Source of the DNA: Ylistrum balloti
Lineage: Eukaryota
Direction of reading: 5' to 3'
Assembly: GCF_031769215.1 (NCBI RefSeq)
Contig: NW_026782116.1
Coordinates: 620,001-684,000 of the forward strand
DNA: 64,000 bases
Position 1 is the stretch's first letter. Every line of letters starts with the position of its first letter. Shown one piece after another: positions 12,501-26,315 of this stretch. The translations under genes and the position numbers were made by a program. The notes under the pieces were generated by a model. The model saw only the letters and a list, made by a program, of their open reading frames with translations. It was not told where the DNA came from and ran no database searches.

Positions 12501-15500
12501 CATTCAGTCTAGGAACATGGCAGGTGTCCCGCAAAGAATGGAAGGAGAAAAAAATAGCTTACATGCAGAATAAAGTTTCTTCTCCACCTATTCCCTTACC
12601 AGAGAAGTATGTAAACTTTTAAAAGAAAATAATTATACTTTCAGTGCATACTAAACTGATAATGACCATATGTAAAGGTTTAAAGATTTTTGGGCACAAT
12701 TTAGGTTTTGAATTCTGTTCATAGTCCAAAAAGCACTATCACTGATATGGCAGTACAAAACTATGTCTTGATATGTTCTGGCAGTTTATAAGGACTTGTT
12801 ATGCATGAAGTGACCAGTCACATGGTACATGAAATTAAGTGTTACTTCAATTGACCATTACTAGTATAAAAACATTAGTGAGAAAGCAGACACTTCTGAT
12901 ATGGTCCTATTTTTTTGCAATACCTTTGATTTACAAAGAAATATTCTACTTTACTTTCAACACTAGGCACATGTGTCATTCTATACAAACTTAAGCAAGT
13001 AAAACTGTTTCATTAAAACCAAATGAATGAAAGATATATAATCTAGTAAGTGATATCAATGGTATGGTCCAATATTAGTACCTCACAGGTACTTGATTCT
13101 TGCCAACAAATGGAATTGATTGGAATAGATACATGACCGTTTAAGTAATAACAACAGTTCATACAAGTAAATTGTCAAATTTTAAAGGCAGTCTGCCCTT
13201 TATGAAGACACAAATATTACATAAATTACATTACATACATAGAACATAAAACAAATACAAAGTTAAAATCAAAACCTGAGAATGGTATTTAAAGATTAGC
13301 TGTCTCGATAAACCCTTCGGCCAATGGACGGCAAAGGCCCTTTATAAGGGGCAAAAAACCATCTTAGGTTGTTGTATGAAAGATTGTGATTCAAATATCA
13401 AAAGTGTTTTATATAAATCTGGGTACGTTGTGCACAGTAGCCACTGAGTGTTTATGTGATCACAGAGAAATTCATTTTTCATGCAACACTCGAGGATAGG
13501 AGTTTCCCAATATATCTCAGTCCTATTCTAAATAGGGAATGGTTGATTAAAAATGAGAAACTTTCTTTTGAGAATACTTTAATGAATGTATGTATAGTTA
13601 CAATACAAAGTGCTTTTGATAAAAATCAGTTAAATGTGCAAAAAATATATATAAAAAAATATTTTGAATATGGTCTAAAGGCTCTATCGCTGAGGATTAG
13701 GATTGCCCCATCAACCCATATTTTTCTCTCTCTCTGCTTTCATTCTTATTTAACATTGACCTCGCTTATAAACTCTAGTCTGGAAATAGAAAATCTGGTT
13801 TTCTGAGGTGAGTTTTCTGTGGACAAGTTGAGGAATCGGAGACCAATTCAACCATACTTAAAATAATATTATTAACATTGATAAGGGCAGACAGTCATTG
13901 ACTTGTGCTCTGTCTAGGCCTCAAATTCATGATCTATGGCACCAAATAGCCAAGCCAAGAAATTTCAAACTGCCGAACGATCACATTACGACATTCCTAA
14001 AAAAGAATGTTCTGAAGTTGTACTGATAGACTGCTGCAAATTCTCGACATGATCATGGTGGCAAATTGTCTAATTTTATCTCATGAACGCCTGGCTCACT
14101 ATGTATATACATACATGGATTTGATTGTACAATTAACACACTTCTTCCCAATGTATGTAGTACTGATGGATATAATGTGTGTGTGCACACAAGTGGGACT
14201 GTGAAACAAGCTGTTGTACATGTCAAAGCAGTGAACCCTGTATATTTTCTGTTTTGTTAATTTTGTGATTATATCTGGTTTATAAAAAAAAAGGTGCAAA
14301 GCGCAAACAACACCCACATGTACAGTTCATTTCACTCATGGAGGCTTAACAGTAGGCCTACCACAAACTATATCATCTTTATTCAGTGTCACTTTTTCTG
14401 CCTGGAGGGTTTATATGAAGAAACTGGTCACATAAAAAACACCCCTCTTCCACTACCTAAATTATAATAAGAAAGCTATTTCTTATAGTGTGTATCTGCA
14501 TGCAGAAAGTCATGACACATTGACACAATTTGCTATCACCTAATTTCACACAATGAAAAAATTTAGTTTAAGGTAACAATTGTGACTAGTTATAGATATA
14601 CCCGGTATATAGGCTATGAATCATTTAGGACAAGGTTGTCCATGTAACTGCATTTAGTCATATTCAGTCATATATATCCATCATTTTGTACAAAGGTAGG
14701 TTCATGAAAGTAAAAAGAAAATTGTTTCATATACCTTATGCACATACTTGGGTACAAATAGCTACGTTAATGCATGAAGTAAGTGAATGAAGTGTGTAAT
14801 CTTCTATAATCACTAAAATACTTATTGTTATCTTTCTTTGAGATCACATTTAGATTTATCACTGTGACAGAACAGATTCTAGAAGGATTTAACTAGGTAT
14901 CCTTGACAATAAGAAGTCAAAATGCTAGGGAAAAACTTTCAGTAGCATATATATACATACATAATTATTATTACCTAACAGCACAATTTTATCTTATCAA
15001 TTGCATCGCAACAAGAAAATATCAAATACAGTGTTTTTTTCAAAAGTGAACGACCTTCTAGCAAGATCAGGTGCATCTGATACATTACTATGTATCAAGA
15101 CAGTTAATCAGTATTACTTTGATAAAGTGCCTAGGTATACATATTGTAAACAGCATGTTAGAGCAAGCATTTGATTGTCTGTTAAATACAAGTGAATTTC
15201 AGATCTTTACCTACAACAAGTATACCTGATGGTTCGTTCATGGAATGTCATGAAAGTTAGAGTTATCGTTACTATAATGTCACATGCCTTTACTGTAGAT
15301 ACGTCATAAATAACAATATAAAAAGACACCACATTTTTAGTATGTTAGGGGTAAGTTTTACACCACAAATTGTCCTGGGTCCTGAAGAAGCCCACATGTT
15401 CGGGCGAAACTGGTTGACAGATTGTAATAAATATACTCTTCTGGTACCCTGGACTTGTTGCGATTGAATATTACCCTTAAGTATAGTTAGTGGTGCAATT

Positions 15501-17744
15501 TTACATGAGTTACAAGTAAATGATGAAGTATGTTTTTGTGCCTCTTTACAATTCCAACTAATCAAAATACCAACTAAGTATTTCCCTTTCAGTACTTTGA
15601 TTAAAATATCACTGTGACATATTCTGCTTATATCGTAATTCATTAGGTGTGCTTTTATGTTTTGATTGGAAGGTAGTTAACTAGGAGGGTTTAAGGTCAA
15701 AGTTCACATAGCCATTGATAAATTGTGGATGTTACTTGTATGATTTATAGATCCTGTTTAAAACTTCAATGAATATACTTATTCTGATAGAAATTTATAT
15801 ATGTGGAACTTTTTGTTTGCTATCTAATGCTTCACAGTGTGCATAGTAAAACATTTTAGATCAAGTACATGTATTACAGTAAAAGGTGCTCAAAAATTTC
15901 TGTTCCATTACAATTTATATAACATACCATAAAGTTAATATGAAATTTGTATGTTTTAAAAAAATCTAACTTTTGTTAAATATTCATAAGAGCTTTGCAA
16001 TAAGTATTAAAATATTGATGTTGATTAACACATTGGGTTGAAAAATTAAATAAAACTGGTCATAAAAGTTTCATTTGAAATACTTAAATTTTGTACACTT
16101 GTTTGACAGTTAAACTCATGACAACTGGTTTGATATTTTGATATCATTATTATGATAAAGTATGTGGTAAATACAGCTATTTCACTATTTGTTTAATAGT
16201 TTAGAAGACCTTAAGGACACAGACATGGAGTACACACCTCTAAGGGTTGTAGGAGAATTTGATCATGAGATGGAACGATACATCTACCCACGTGCCAATG
16301 TCCAGGACATAAAAATCTCTGAAGTGAAAGGCATGGGAGTCACTCCAACCCGAGGTGGGATGCTTGTCATAACACCATTTAAACTAAAAGACAGAGAGTG
16401 AGTTGACACCTGTTTTTAGAGCTTTTGTTATTTAGAATATTGCACAAAAAAATAATACCTGGTATATGAACAGGTAAATAGCACAATATGAAAGCTAAGT
16501 CCTTGAGCTAGCTCATCTTTCCATACATAAAAAATAATGATTTTGTAATCTGTTCAGGTGGTAGGCTATTTGATTTCTCCAAAGAAATGACCTTGAACTA
16601 TGTTTGCTGTTAATTGGTTTGTATTATTTATCTAAACTTCATCTTCTAATGAACAATGTGTAGGCAAGGCATTTATGTTGTACCTGATACTAGTCAGTGT
16701 ATACCATATTTAACTTTTTATCCAACAATGTTTCCAAAGCATTGAAGGTGCTTAGATGCTTTCTTGAGATTGAAGAATGATTTACAAAAGAAGGCAGTGG
16801 TATTAGGTTATATTGTAACTTAGCTGGATATATGTATGTGTTGAGGATATTTTGTGTCATAAGTTCACTTAATTATGTATATCTGTTTGCTCTGTATTTC
16901 AGTGAGAGAATATTAATCAATAGAGGCTGGATTCAAAAGACAAATGTGGATCCAAACTCAAGATCTGAAGGACAGGTAACATATACGATATTCTTACATG
17001 GTATTTAATTAAATGTGTTTATCTCTTGAAAAGGATAGTTACCAAAAATTTCAAGGGTTTTTTTTTTTATTTACTTGTAGGTATGCTATTGGTTGATAAG
17101 TCTGACACCTAGATGTGTAAGAAAAAATTGTACAAAAATTTACTGTTAGATTTTAATGTCTAGTCTAAAAGAGATCTGGTGTCATATTTGACCATCTTCT
17201 GGGCTGCTAAACAGATCTATTTATAGACAAAAGTACATTGTATAACAAGATTTGTTAGTTGTTTGATTAAAGGTCACATAAGATGTTTTCATAGAGTGAT
17301 GGTAAAGGGTTAGGTCACTTAAGATGTTTTCATAGAGTGATGGTAAAGGGTTAGGTCACTTAAGATGTTTTCATAGAGTGATGGTAAAGGGTGAGGTCAC
17401 TTAAGATGTTTTCATAGAGTGATGGTAAAGGGTTAGGTCACTTAAGATGTTTTCATAGAGTGATGGTAAAGGGTTAGGTCACTTAAGATGTTTTCATAGA
17501 TTAATGGTAAAGTATATTCCATTTTGTACTTAAATGTCCTTTATAAAAATTTGCGTTGTAAATATATCAAACCATACTATAGGAGTAATCCCTCCATTTT
17601 CAAATTAGTAGATTTACTTAAAACTCCTAATGTAAAAGACTTATGTAACTTGGGAAAGTATTTGTATCATGCTCTCAAACTGCGATCTCTTCTATTGTAA
17701 TAAAATCACTAAGTTTTTGTATGTAACAATGATTATAGAAACAA

Positions 17745-17814
<70 letters not shown>

Positions 17815-20800
17815 CCTCTTGTATATGATACATGTTGTATATTTATGTATTAGAATCCATAAGCTGCATTGCTTCAGATCAATAAAGAATAATGATAATA
17901 TTTACATAACCACTGGCTTACTTGTATATTTTGTAGTTGATTTATATTAAAAGGGCAGAAAATCTTTACTTATTCATTAATCTCAAATAATTTGATTCCA
18001 TCATTGGACTTTTGATAAAATATGTAAATGTCTTTTTATTACTTTAATTATTGTTATCTCTAGGTTAAAGGTGAAGTTGAATTGGTTGGTGTGTTACGAC
18101 ACTCTGAAGCGGTAAGTCTGCGTTTAAAACTAGGCTTTATTTAATATTTGATGAAAGCACATTTACAATGAACTTAGAAATTCAAAAAAGACAAAAGAAG
18201 TGATTCAAATGTATTCTTATTATGAACTTGCTGTTAATTTTCTAACTCATTTTATCTTAAAATTTTTAATATGACTGTCTAGGCAGATACTAAGTATATA
18301 TGATATGAAATTTATTAATCCCTTAAATGACTCCTTCTCAATCACCAAAAATTTAGAGTAAAGAAATGATCTTGACTAATAGTTATGGTCACATGACTTA
18401 AATTTTTTAACAATTCCTCTGATTAAGCAAGACTTTTAATAACAATAATTTATAATGTTAATGTATTTGTGAAAAACATTGATACCTGGTGATGTCTTGT
18501 TGAGGGAATTAGCCACTTTAGCTTTGTAAACTGAATGGTAAATTTTGTTTAGTGAAAGCTTTCTCTTCACTTCCTGTTCAGACACATTAAAAAATCATTT
18601 GAGGAGGGGAAAGGACTTTGGTAAGCATTAATGGGGGAGGTGGCATTAGTCAAACATACTGGGAACAGTTCTATTTGACGTAGGCATGCTTCTGTTGTAA
18701 CCTCTTTAGCGCAAAAAAGGGAATAAGGTGATAAACATTTTGGTGAGTGTTCATGTCTGGAATCAATCAAATAATGGAAATCATATCAAGAATGGAACCT
18801 TTGGATTTTGAAGATATCTGCCAATATAACACAATATACATGTAATATGCAAATATCCACACTAATAAATACAGCATTTTTCCCAAAACTTTTAATTAAC
18901 ATACTTTGCTATGCATATATGAGTTGATTCACAAACTGACATCTATTTTTAGAGTAATACGTTCACCCAAAATCAAGGTTTGGACAACCCAAAAGTTTTG
19001 ATAAAACGAGATGTAGATAGTCTGGCTGAAACTCTGAAGACGTCTCCTGTTTACTTGGATGCTGACTTCAGTAAGTGATAGGACTGTGTAGGTCAATGGT
19101 CACAATTGAAGTAAATGGTTATGGATCATGTTTGTACATTTATGTAATTGAAAGGATATATTTACATTTGTCCAGTTATGTGTCTGAAATAGTGGCAAGT
19201 TGCATTATCTCAATGAAATAAATGAATGAAGATGAAAGTTTAACTGTTTCAAAGGTGAAAGTAAGAAAAAGATATTTTGTTATCTAAAATATAAGAATAA
19301 GGTTAGTTGGGCAGATATCAAAACATTTACTTCTGGGCACTGATGGCAAAAAAGTATCAACTGTTAAAGTCACATTCTGCCTAACATTACACTTTCTTAT
19401 TACAAATGGGAAATGATATTAATCAGTTTTTGCTGCACCTACAACAAGGCTCAAGGTCCTTGATGACACAAAGAGTTATAAATAGATTTACTTTATTCAT
19501 GGTGATTTAATGGTGATGTTATTGTGCAGTAGGTATCTTGATTTAATAAAGTTAAAGTGAACAAATTTATGATTCAGATGGTTTTATCCTAACAGGATGT
19601 AGAGGAGAATGATGTATCTTTCTTATTTCTCTACAAATTATTGCATATACAGTCAAACCTGTCTGTAAAGGCCACTCAGGGAGAGAGAAAAGTGGTCTTT
19701 ATACACATATGGCCTTTATATAGAGGTTCATTGACTGAATTGACTTACACAGGAAACCAAAAAAGAGGCCTCTACAGACAGGTAGCCTTTCAGACAGGTC
19801 TTGTGTATGATGTATTACTGAATTGTACAAGGAACAAGTTTTGTATGTACTGGTTGTTCAAACCTCCATGGATATGACAACTGTATGGAGACTTCTAATT
19901 TATAAGTCAAATTTATGTGAGAAAAGTTCGAATTGAAAACAAAGATATTAACATTAATAAGGATTGCTTTGTCCAGTTGTACGTATTGCACAGATTAGTT
20001 TAAATTGATGATGTCATAAACCAGACATTTAGGAGGGCAAGATCATAACATGAATTCAAATAAAATGGTTTTTTGTTTCTGATTTAGCAATGAATTTCGA
20101 CAAGAAAAACATGTATGGAAGCATGGAGAAAACCTAATTCAATTGATAGTATTCAAAAAAAAAAGAAAAAAAAAAACCACTTACTACCAATGTCTAAATT
20201 GTGAAATTATGATTGTGTTAATTTAACTCAAATGTTATTATTGTTTATCTCCTCATGATTTTAATCTTTTTTTATAAAGTGACTTAGAGTGATAGATAGT
20301 TTGTATCTTGTGATATAAGTTTTGTGTATCAGTTTACAATTTGGTGATATTGATTGACTTAAGCGAATTTCTCACTCAGTAGTGATTGTTTATGGAGTTT
20401 GATGTTCAGAAGGGATGCATTATTTTTCCCTGAGAGTGAAAAACTAGGTCATCATTACAGATAACCACATGTATGATTTTACTGTATTATCTTTTAAGTA
20501 TCAATCACCTTGAAAAATACTTATGACTTCGAAATCTTTTATAGGTAGCACTGTGGAAGGAGGACCAATTGGGGGCCAAACTATTGTCACACTCAGAAAT
20601 GAACATTTACAATATATTCTGACTTGGTAGGTACTTGTGTAGGAAAACTGATACCCTAATTTAATATGTTATGTAATAATAAATCAATGTAGTTTATGAC
20701 ATAAACATTTTCTCATTCTCATTCAATTAAAACCCCAGACGAGAGTAGTTATTGTTTGTGTCAGTGATCAAATGACTTATGAAATTTACGACGAATAACA

Positions 20801-21653
20801 TCACCACAATGTAATTCTACCTGCTTTTTAATTGTACATGTTCATTACACCAATTCAATTTCATGGTCTTACCTTGTGTAAATCAGGAACCTTTTATGGT
20901 CTAAGCATCATACCTAATATGCTGTGATTTTTTTATTATCTACTGGCTAACTTCACATTAAAATAATTTAATTTACAACATTATCTTCATAATAAACCAA
21001 TCATCTAAACACAGGCAGCAAGGGTTTCCAAAACATGGATATTTTGAACAAGCTGCCTTTTCATGTAAGAGTTAATCTTGAATGATACATATTTGCATAT
21101 ACATGTACTATACTATACATGAAGCTAGATGTGATAGTTTGTTGTGATAAATGTAGCTAGCAATGATCTCATAATGGAATCTTTGAATGTCTGATCCTGT
21201 TCATAAAGTGGTTATGTTGACTAAAATATCAAGGTGTTTTTGATGTGGAGGGTGCCATTAACCATGGTGAAAAGCTGATGAAAAGACAGGTGCTTTGTAC
21301 TTTTTTTTACACCTAATCATGGAATCAAACTCTTGTTACGATGCTGATATGTGCATTCTACTGCTATACCTATCATTGGCTTTCACTTAGTCCTCCCTTT
21401 CTATTTAGTCTCTTATGTATTGAAAGAGTGACCATTAGGGATAAGGACTTTGACTCCTGTTTTTGAATGATGTTTTTTTATGATGAGCATGTTGTCGTTT
21501 TAAGCCTAAGCAGGTTCTGGTGTATGATGATATAAAGTGTTACCATTTATTTTTATTTTCAGGTATGCTCTCTGTATTGTGAGCCTTGTCTTTTATGCGC
21601 GACGCTTCAGAAAACCACCTGCTTTGCAAACACAGATTCGTAGAAAAAAATGA
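9576..21653 (+). CDS. SURF1: Surfeit locus protein 1 (cytochrome c oxidase assembly factor), 294 aa, 9 exons
   Basis: Exons 9576-9608, 10811-10930, 12485-12606, 16200-16397, 16903-16975, 18064-18111, 18953-19070, 20545-20626, 21563-21653 total 885 nt, all GT-AG and phase-consistent. Hallmark motifs: [36 protein letters not shown]. Basic presequence-like N-terminus. AATAAA at 21795-21800. Exons 1-2 are inferred from splice signals and frame only. Confidence 0.95.
17271..17511. repeat. 41-bp minisatellite, ~5.9 copies, SURF1 intron 5
   Basis: Unit aggtcacttaagatgttttcatagagtgatggtaaagggtt starts at 17271, 17312, 17353, 17394, 17435 and 17476; copies near-identical. Confidence 0.97.
17751..17810. 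repeat. (TC)30 microsatellite
   Basis: Uninterrupted TC run. Confidence 0.98.
19650..19805. mobile_element. Tc1/mariner-type MITE (~156 bp)
   Basis: TA|CAGTCAAACCTGTCTGTAAAGGCCAC ... GTAGCCTTTCAGACAGGTCTTGTG|TA: imperfect TIRs with TA TSD and a subterminal repeat. Confidence 0.8.
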
Positions 21654-22313
21654 TATACTAGGATTCTCAAACTTATAAAAGACTTGTAGAAAATTTGTGG
21701 AAAAGCAGACATGGATAAATGAAATATATATTGAATTTTTCTACTCTTGAAGTCTAAATGTTTGCAAGTGACACCTTTGTGTGTTTGTGTGAGTAATAAA
21801 TATTTTGTAAAATATACATGTAATTTTGTGAGCTGAACCTAATGAGCGTCTTATGTCAATTATTCTCCAGATTTTACAGCTATTATAATGTGTAGGATGT
21901 ATATATGTTTAACCATGCTATATCTGTGATGTGTGAAAAGATTCCGCTCCCCCCTTATAAATATTCAGGTATTCACTGGTTGAAATAATTGAACAATTAT
22001 CAGATTATCAGAAAGATGGACACATATCCTGAAGGAAATGCAGAGTGTATATCTAAATCATTTTCATTGATCTTTATAATTACTTTTCAAAACAAGTCCT
22101 CATTACACAAGTGTTAAAATATTCAGCAGGCCTGGAAAAAATACATCAGATATATTGATTTAAAATTATCAGCTGCTGCCTTTGTTGCTTGATCACACCT
22201 TTTACAGGTGTTTTGATATAGTTATCCGTTTCCTGTCTCTGATGATAGATAGTCTCATCCTTGATCATATCAGTTTAGTTCAAAATGCTGAGTTCTTCCT
22301 GCGTTGAATAATT

Positions 22314-22620
22314 AGGGTTTTTCACCAGTTGGTGAAAAGACCTATTGTTTTTGTTATGTTTCTTATTATTATTCTTATTATTCTTCTTCCAATATTGTGG
22401 GTTCGTAATCTTTTAAATTGTAAAAGCTAGACACACAGTCTATTCATCTATTTGTAGATACGTATATGAAGTTGTCGATGCCGATTTTTTAAGTAGGTCA
22501 AAAATCCAATATGGCAGCCATGACATCATAAGTTAAAAACTTAAAAAACGGCAATATCTCATTACAATTTGTTTACATTGCACTGAGAAAAATCCAGTGA
22601 CTTACTGTACATTAAAGTCA
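22314..22620 (-). mobile_element. Helentron-type non-autonomous element fragment (reverse orientation)
   Basis: Hairpin GGTTTTTCACC-agtt-GGTGAAAAGACC (22316-22342), then an (att/ttc)n microsatellite and an aaaatccaatatggcagcc motif also found in the 43.7-44.4 kb monomer. Right boundary approximate. Confidence 0.65.
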
Positions 22621-25600
22621 CTATCTCACATGGGTCCATTGGATGTGATTAGAGTTGTGCAGGGGTGAGTTTGAAAGCAAGCTTGGAAATGTCTGAATGC
22701 TGAGAATAAGTGCAATCGAGTTAACACTATATGTAACTATATCAAACTTCAATGAGATTGAGTGAAAACGTTGACTTGGTAAAAGGATTGTAAAAGTAAG
22801 ATACATTTTTGTCTGAAAGGATTGTACAAGATTATTATCAAATGTATATTTTTTGTCTTAATACACATGAAAATTAAGACAATGTGTCTTGTACTGGTGA
22901 TTTTCAAATAAACAGTGACACTTTGGCAAATATGAATCACAATAATAACAAGTGATCAACAGCTAACTAATTTTGTTTTGTTGTTTTTTTGGGGGGGTGG
23001 GGGAATGAAAAAAGGCCACTTATTGCAATATCTCTATTAAAAACATCAGGCTCCAAATTTAAGTCCACCTGTCAGTAAAGTTTGTATTCTAGACTTCACA
23101 CATTGCAACTGCTCACTTATAACTAAAGTACTCTGAATATGATAGTGTTTTGGAAAGTGCCTCAAGTTTCTTTTAAGAGAAAGATGGTAGTACAGAATAT
23201 ATATTGCAAAACTTCTGAAAGTTCATGAAATACCTGTACTTCCTCTAATACAGATGTACTTTCAAAATAAAACAAATCCAGTCTTTTACAGTTTTATTAG
23301 CATAATCTTCAAAGCATATCAACATATTTAGTATTTATTTTTAGTAGGATTAAGTCACTGGAAGACGTGTATAAGTAAGATATAACAGTGGTTTTGTTAG
23401 AAATATATATCAATCTTAAAGATTAAAATAACATACAAAAGAGGAAAAAGGACTAGAATAATTGATAGTGTTGGTAATAGACAAAACAGAGACTATTTGA
23501 ATATAATACGATAGCAGCCGGACTGTGATCAGAGATTCGATGAGATTCAATAATGTGATTGTTCATTTTCTCTGCCAATTGCAGTACAAAAATCGTTATA
23601 ATTTGAAAAATTCAATTCTTTATTGTCCATCCTTTAGATGTCAAAATCTGCATAAAACATTTTTCCAAAGAAGATAAATGTAACCATAACTAATGCAACA
23701 AAAGGAAGTTTATCCCTGTTGTATATTACTCTTCAATTTAAAACTCGATGACTACAGTAGATTGGCAAGACTAGGATTCGTTTAAATGTCTACATAATCA
23801 TTTCTCAAGTTTTTTATTCTTACCTATCAACTGAGCAGAAACACCATTTAGTTTATGAGTATCAATATATACACTGGACTTGAACAACAGCAACCATTCA
23901 TATGAAAACAGTATACAAAAGACCTATTTCACAGAACAATATACAACTCAACGACTACAAAGTTGTTCAAACAAAACAAACTGTATAATCAAACCTACAT
24001 GAATACAGAAAGTGATTGGTAAAAATACATTAAGAACTTTGTATAAGTATGAAGTCTAGAACTTATGTTTCTACGTGATATTGGTCATGATTACTAGAAG
24101 TTAAGATAACTTACCCAGCATGTCGCCTAAAATCTTATTAGTTTGTGTTCTTGGAAAGGTTTTATGGCATTACATGATTTTTTTATATCATATATTTGTT
24201 ATATTGCTGCAATATATGTTGAAATATTTATTTCAAAATACATGAAGTTCTGTGTTTTTATACCGGGTAAAACATTCTAAAACTATAAATTACAATTTGT
24301 ACCATATGTAACACTTGAGCTTTATAAGTATGACAAATAAAGGAACATCATTAGAATAAGGAATGGATTTTAGATGTCTACAACTCATCAAACTTAACAT
24401 CAACTTTTAACATCTTATAAAATAATACACATTTTAAAAATTCAAAAAAATGTTAAATCTTATTAAAGGAAGTGTATTATAAAGCCATTTATTTACAGTT
24501 AACAATATTATTATCAATACTCTCAATGAGTTTTATTTTTAAACAATTATTTTAGATACAGGATGACGTATCAAAAACTACCCTTACCAGATTGAAGTAC
24601 TGGTATACTATTGTAATTTATGATCTATCAATGCTGGAAATAATGGTTATCACAAAGACAAACAGAATAGTCATCAACATTTTCTAAATGCAAGTTTCTT
24701 TTTTTTTTTTTTTATCTTTGATCATGTCTGTGGTGTCCAGTTTGACCACAAAGTTTCATACAACAGGATTTGACCTTTATACATTGTAGGTACAACTTTG
24801 TATACATGCATTAAAACATTTGAACATCAATCAAACTGTTCTAATTCTATCAAAATGTTGAGTCACTATTGACTTTTGTCTTATTTTGGATTTATAGATC
24901 ACTAAATGAAAGTAAGAGTAGAACATACATTTTTTTCATGCATTTTCAACAACTAAAAATGTTGGATAAAATTCTCCAATCTGGGACCTTTTTTTAAAAA
25001 AAAAAGTGTTTAAAACTGGTACATCATGTTTTAACATTGTTAAGAGTCTAGTTAATAAAACCCGAATTGAACCCAACACCGCAAGGGAGTTTATACAGTA
25101 TTATAAATTTTTTATGTACTGTTACAGCCTGTGAACATATGTATGGATACATGTATTACGCTTTAACACTGAATGTTAGTTATGGAAAAGTGAAATAGTG
25201 TCTTAATATAATCAGTCATACAACATGTGTATACATAAAAACCACAAAATATTTTGAACTCTTATAATAAACTATATAGTAAACATATAAACAGAATCAA
25301 CCACGATCAAGCAACAACAACACTTTCAGCTCAAAACTAACAATAATTTCATCACTTATGCATTTATAGACATTATAAAAAATTCCTGTATCAATAGATG
25401 GTAACAATTTTGGTTCACAGATTAACAAATTAGTTTGTAAATTAATATATCTACAAGGGCATTGGGTACAACAAAGCACAGAAATATAAACATCTTACAT
25501 TACACACAACTTCATCAATTGAACTGCCAGCTGTTCACTTTAACTATAACCTGATAGTGTAACATGACATAGTGTATCTATACATACAAATACACTGATT

Positions 25601-26210
25601 CACAATACCAAGACATTACATAAATATATACACAAAACCTGAAGGGCCAAGAATGGATAGGGAAAAGGATCCTGTATCATAGTAACCAGAATCCCAAATT
25701 ATAATAACTGGATGTATAGTAAGTACATCCATTACCAAGAGCCATTACCAGTAATTTCAGTACTTGGAGAGCATTGGAATACAGTATCTGGACTTCTGAA
25801 TTATATGTCAACAACCTTGGATTATCTGACAAGGACTGAATTAAGAGAAGCTGAAAACTTCACCTTGGGAGCTAGTTGCAGCAGATTACCATACTCTTAT
25901 GTATTTGAAATTGTTAAAATTTCCATCCTTCGAAGCTTGCTACCTGTTGTTCTTTAAATCAAATATCTGTTTGTATAACAGCTGTAAGGTACAGGCTTCC
26001 ACTTACTCCTTGATTCGGGGAAAAACTAAAGAAAAAACAACATCAAAAACCATGAACTACAATGGGACGGCAGCTGTCGATAAATTAAGTCTTTCTGAGA
26101 GATTTGATTTACAAGCAGTGAATGTTCTTACTATATTTGAATATCCCAGCTCCAAATTTTCTGGCGCTACAAAATGTTATTTACATGTTATGTACTGTAA
26201 ATTATTATTC

Positions 26211-26315
26211 GCCAATATGCCAAGGCTACTCTCTGAAGAAATTGGCTACTAAAATTCACACTTGGCTATTTTTTGGCTACTGATAATTTTGGTTCAGGGT
26301 GAGCCTGGTAAAGAC
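26211..26315. repeat. Dispersed repeat (ggctact-rich MITE-like family), copy 1
   Basis: ccaatat.ccaag.ctact...aaattggctactaaaa..cac..ttggctatt..ttggctactg..aatttt.g.t...ggtgag is shared with 61075-61180. Confidence 0.7.

Noticed and set aside
13333-13352. Histone stem-loop look-alike AAAGGCCCTTTATAAGGGGC
   Set aside because: Loop and 3' arm deviate from GGYYCT-TTTH-AGRRCC, it is intronic, and no histone CDS is nearby.
17669-17950. 93-aa ORF with an SLSLSL run
   Set aside because: Produced by the (TC)30 microsatellite in SURF1 intron 5.
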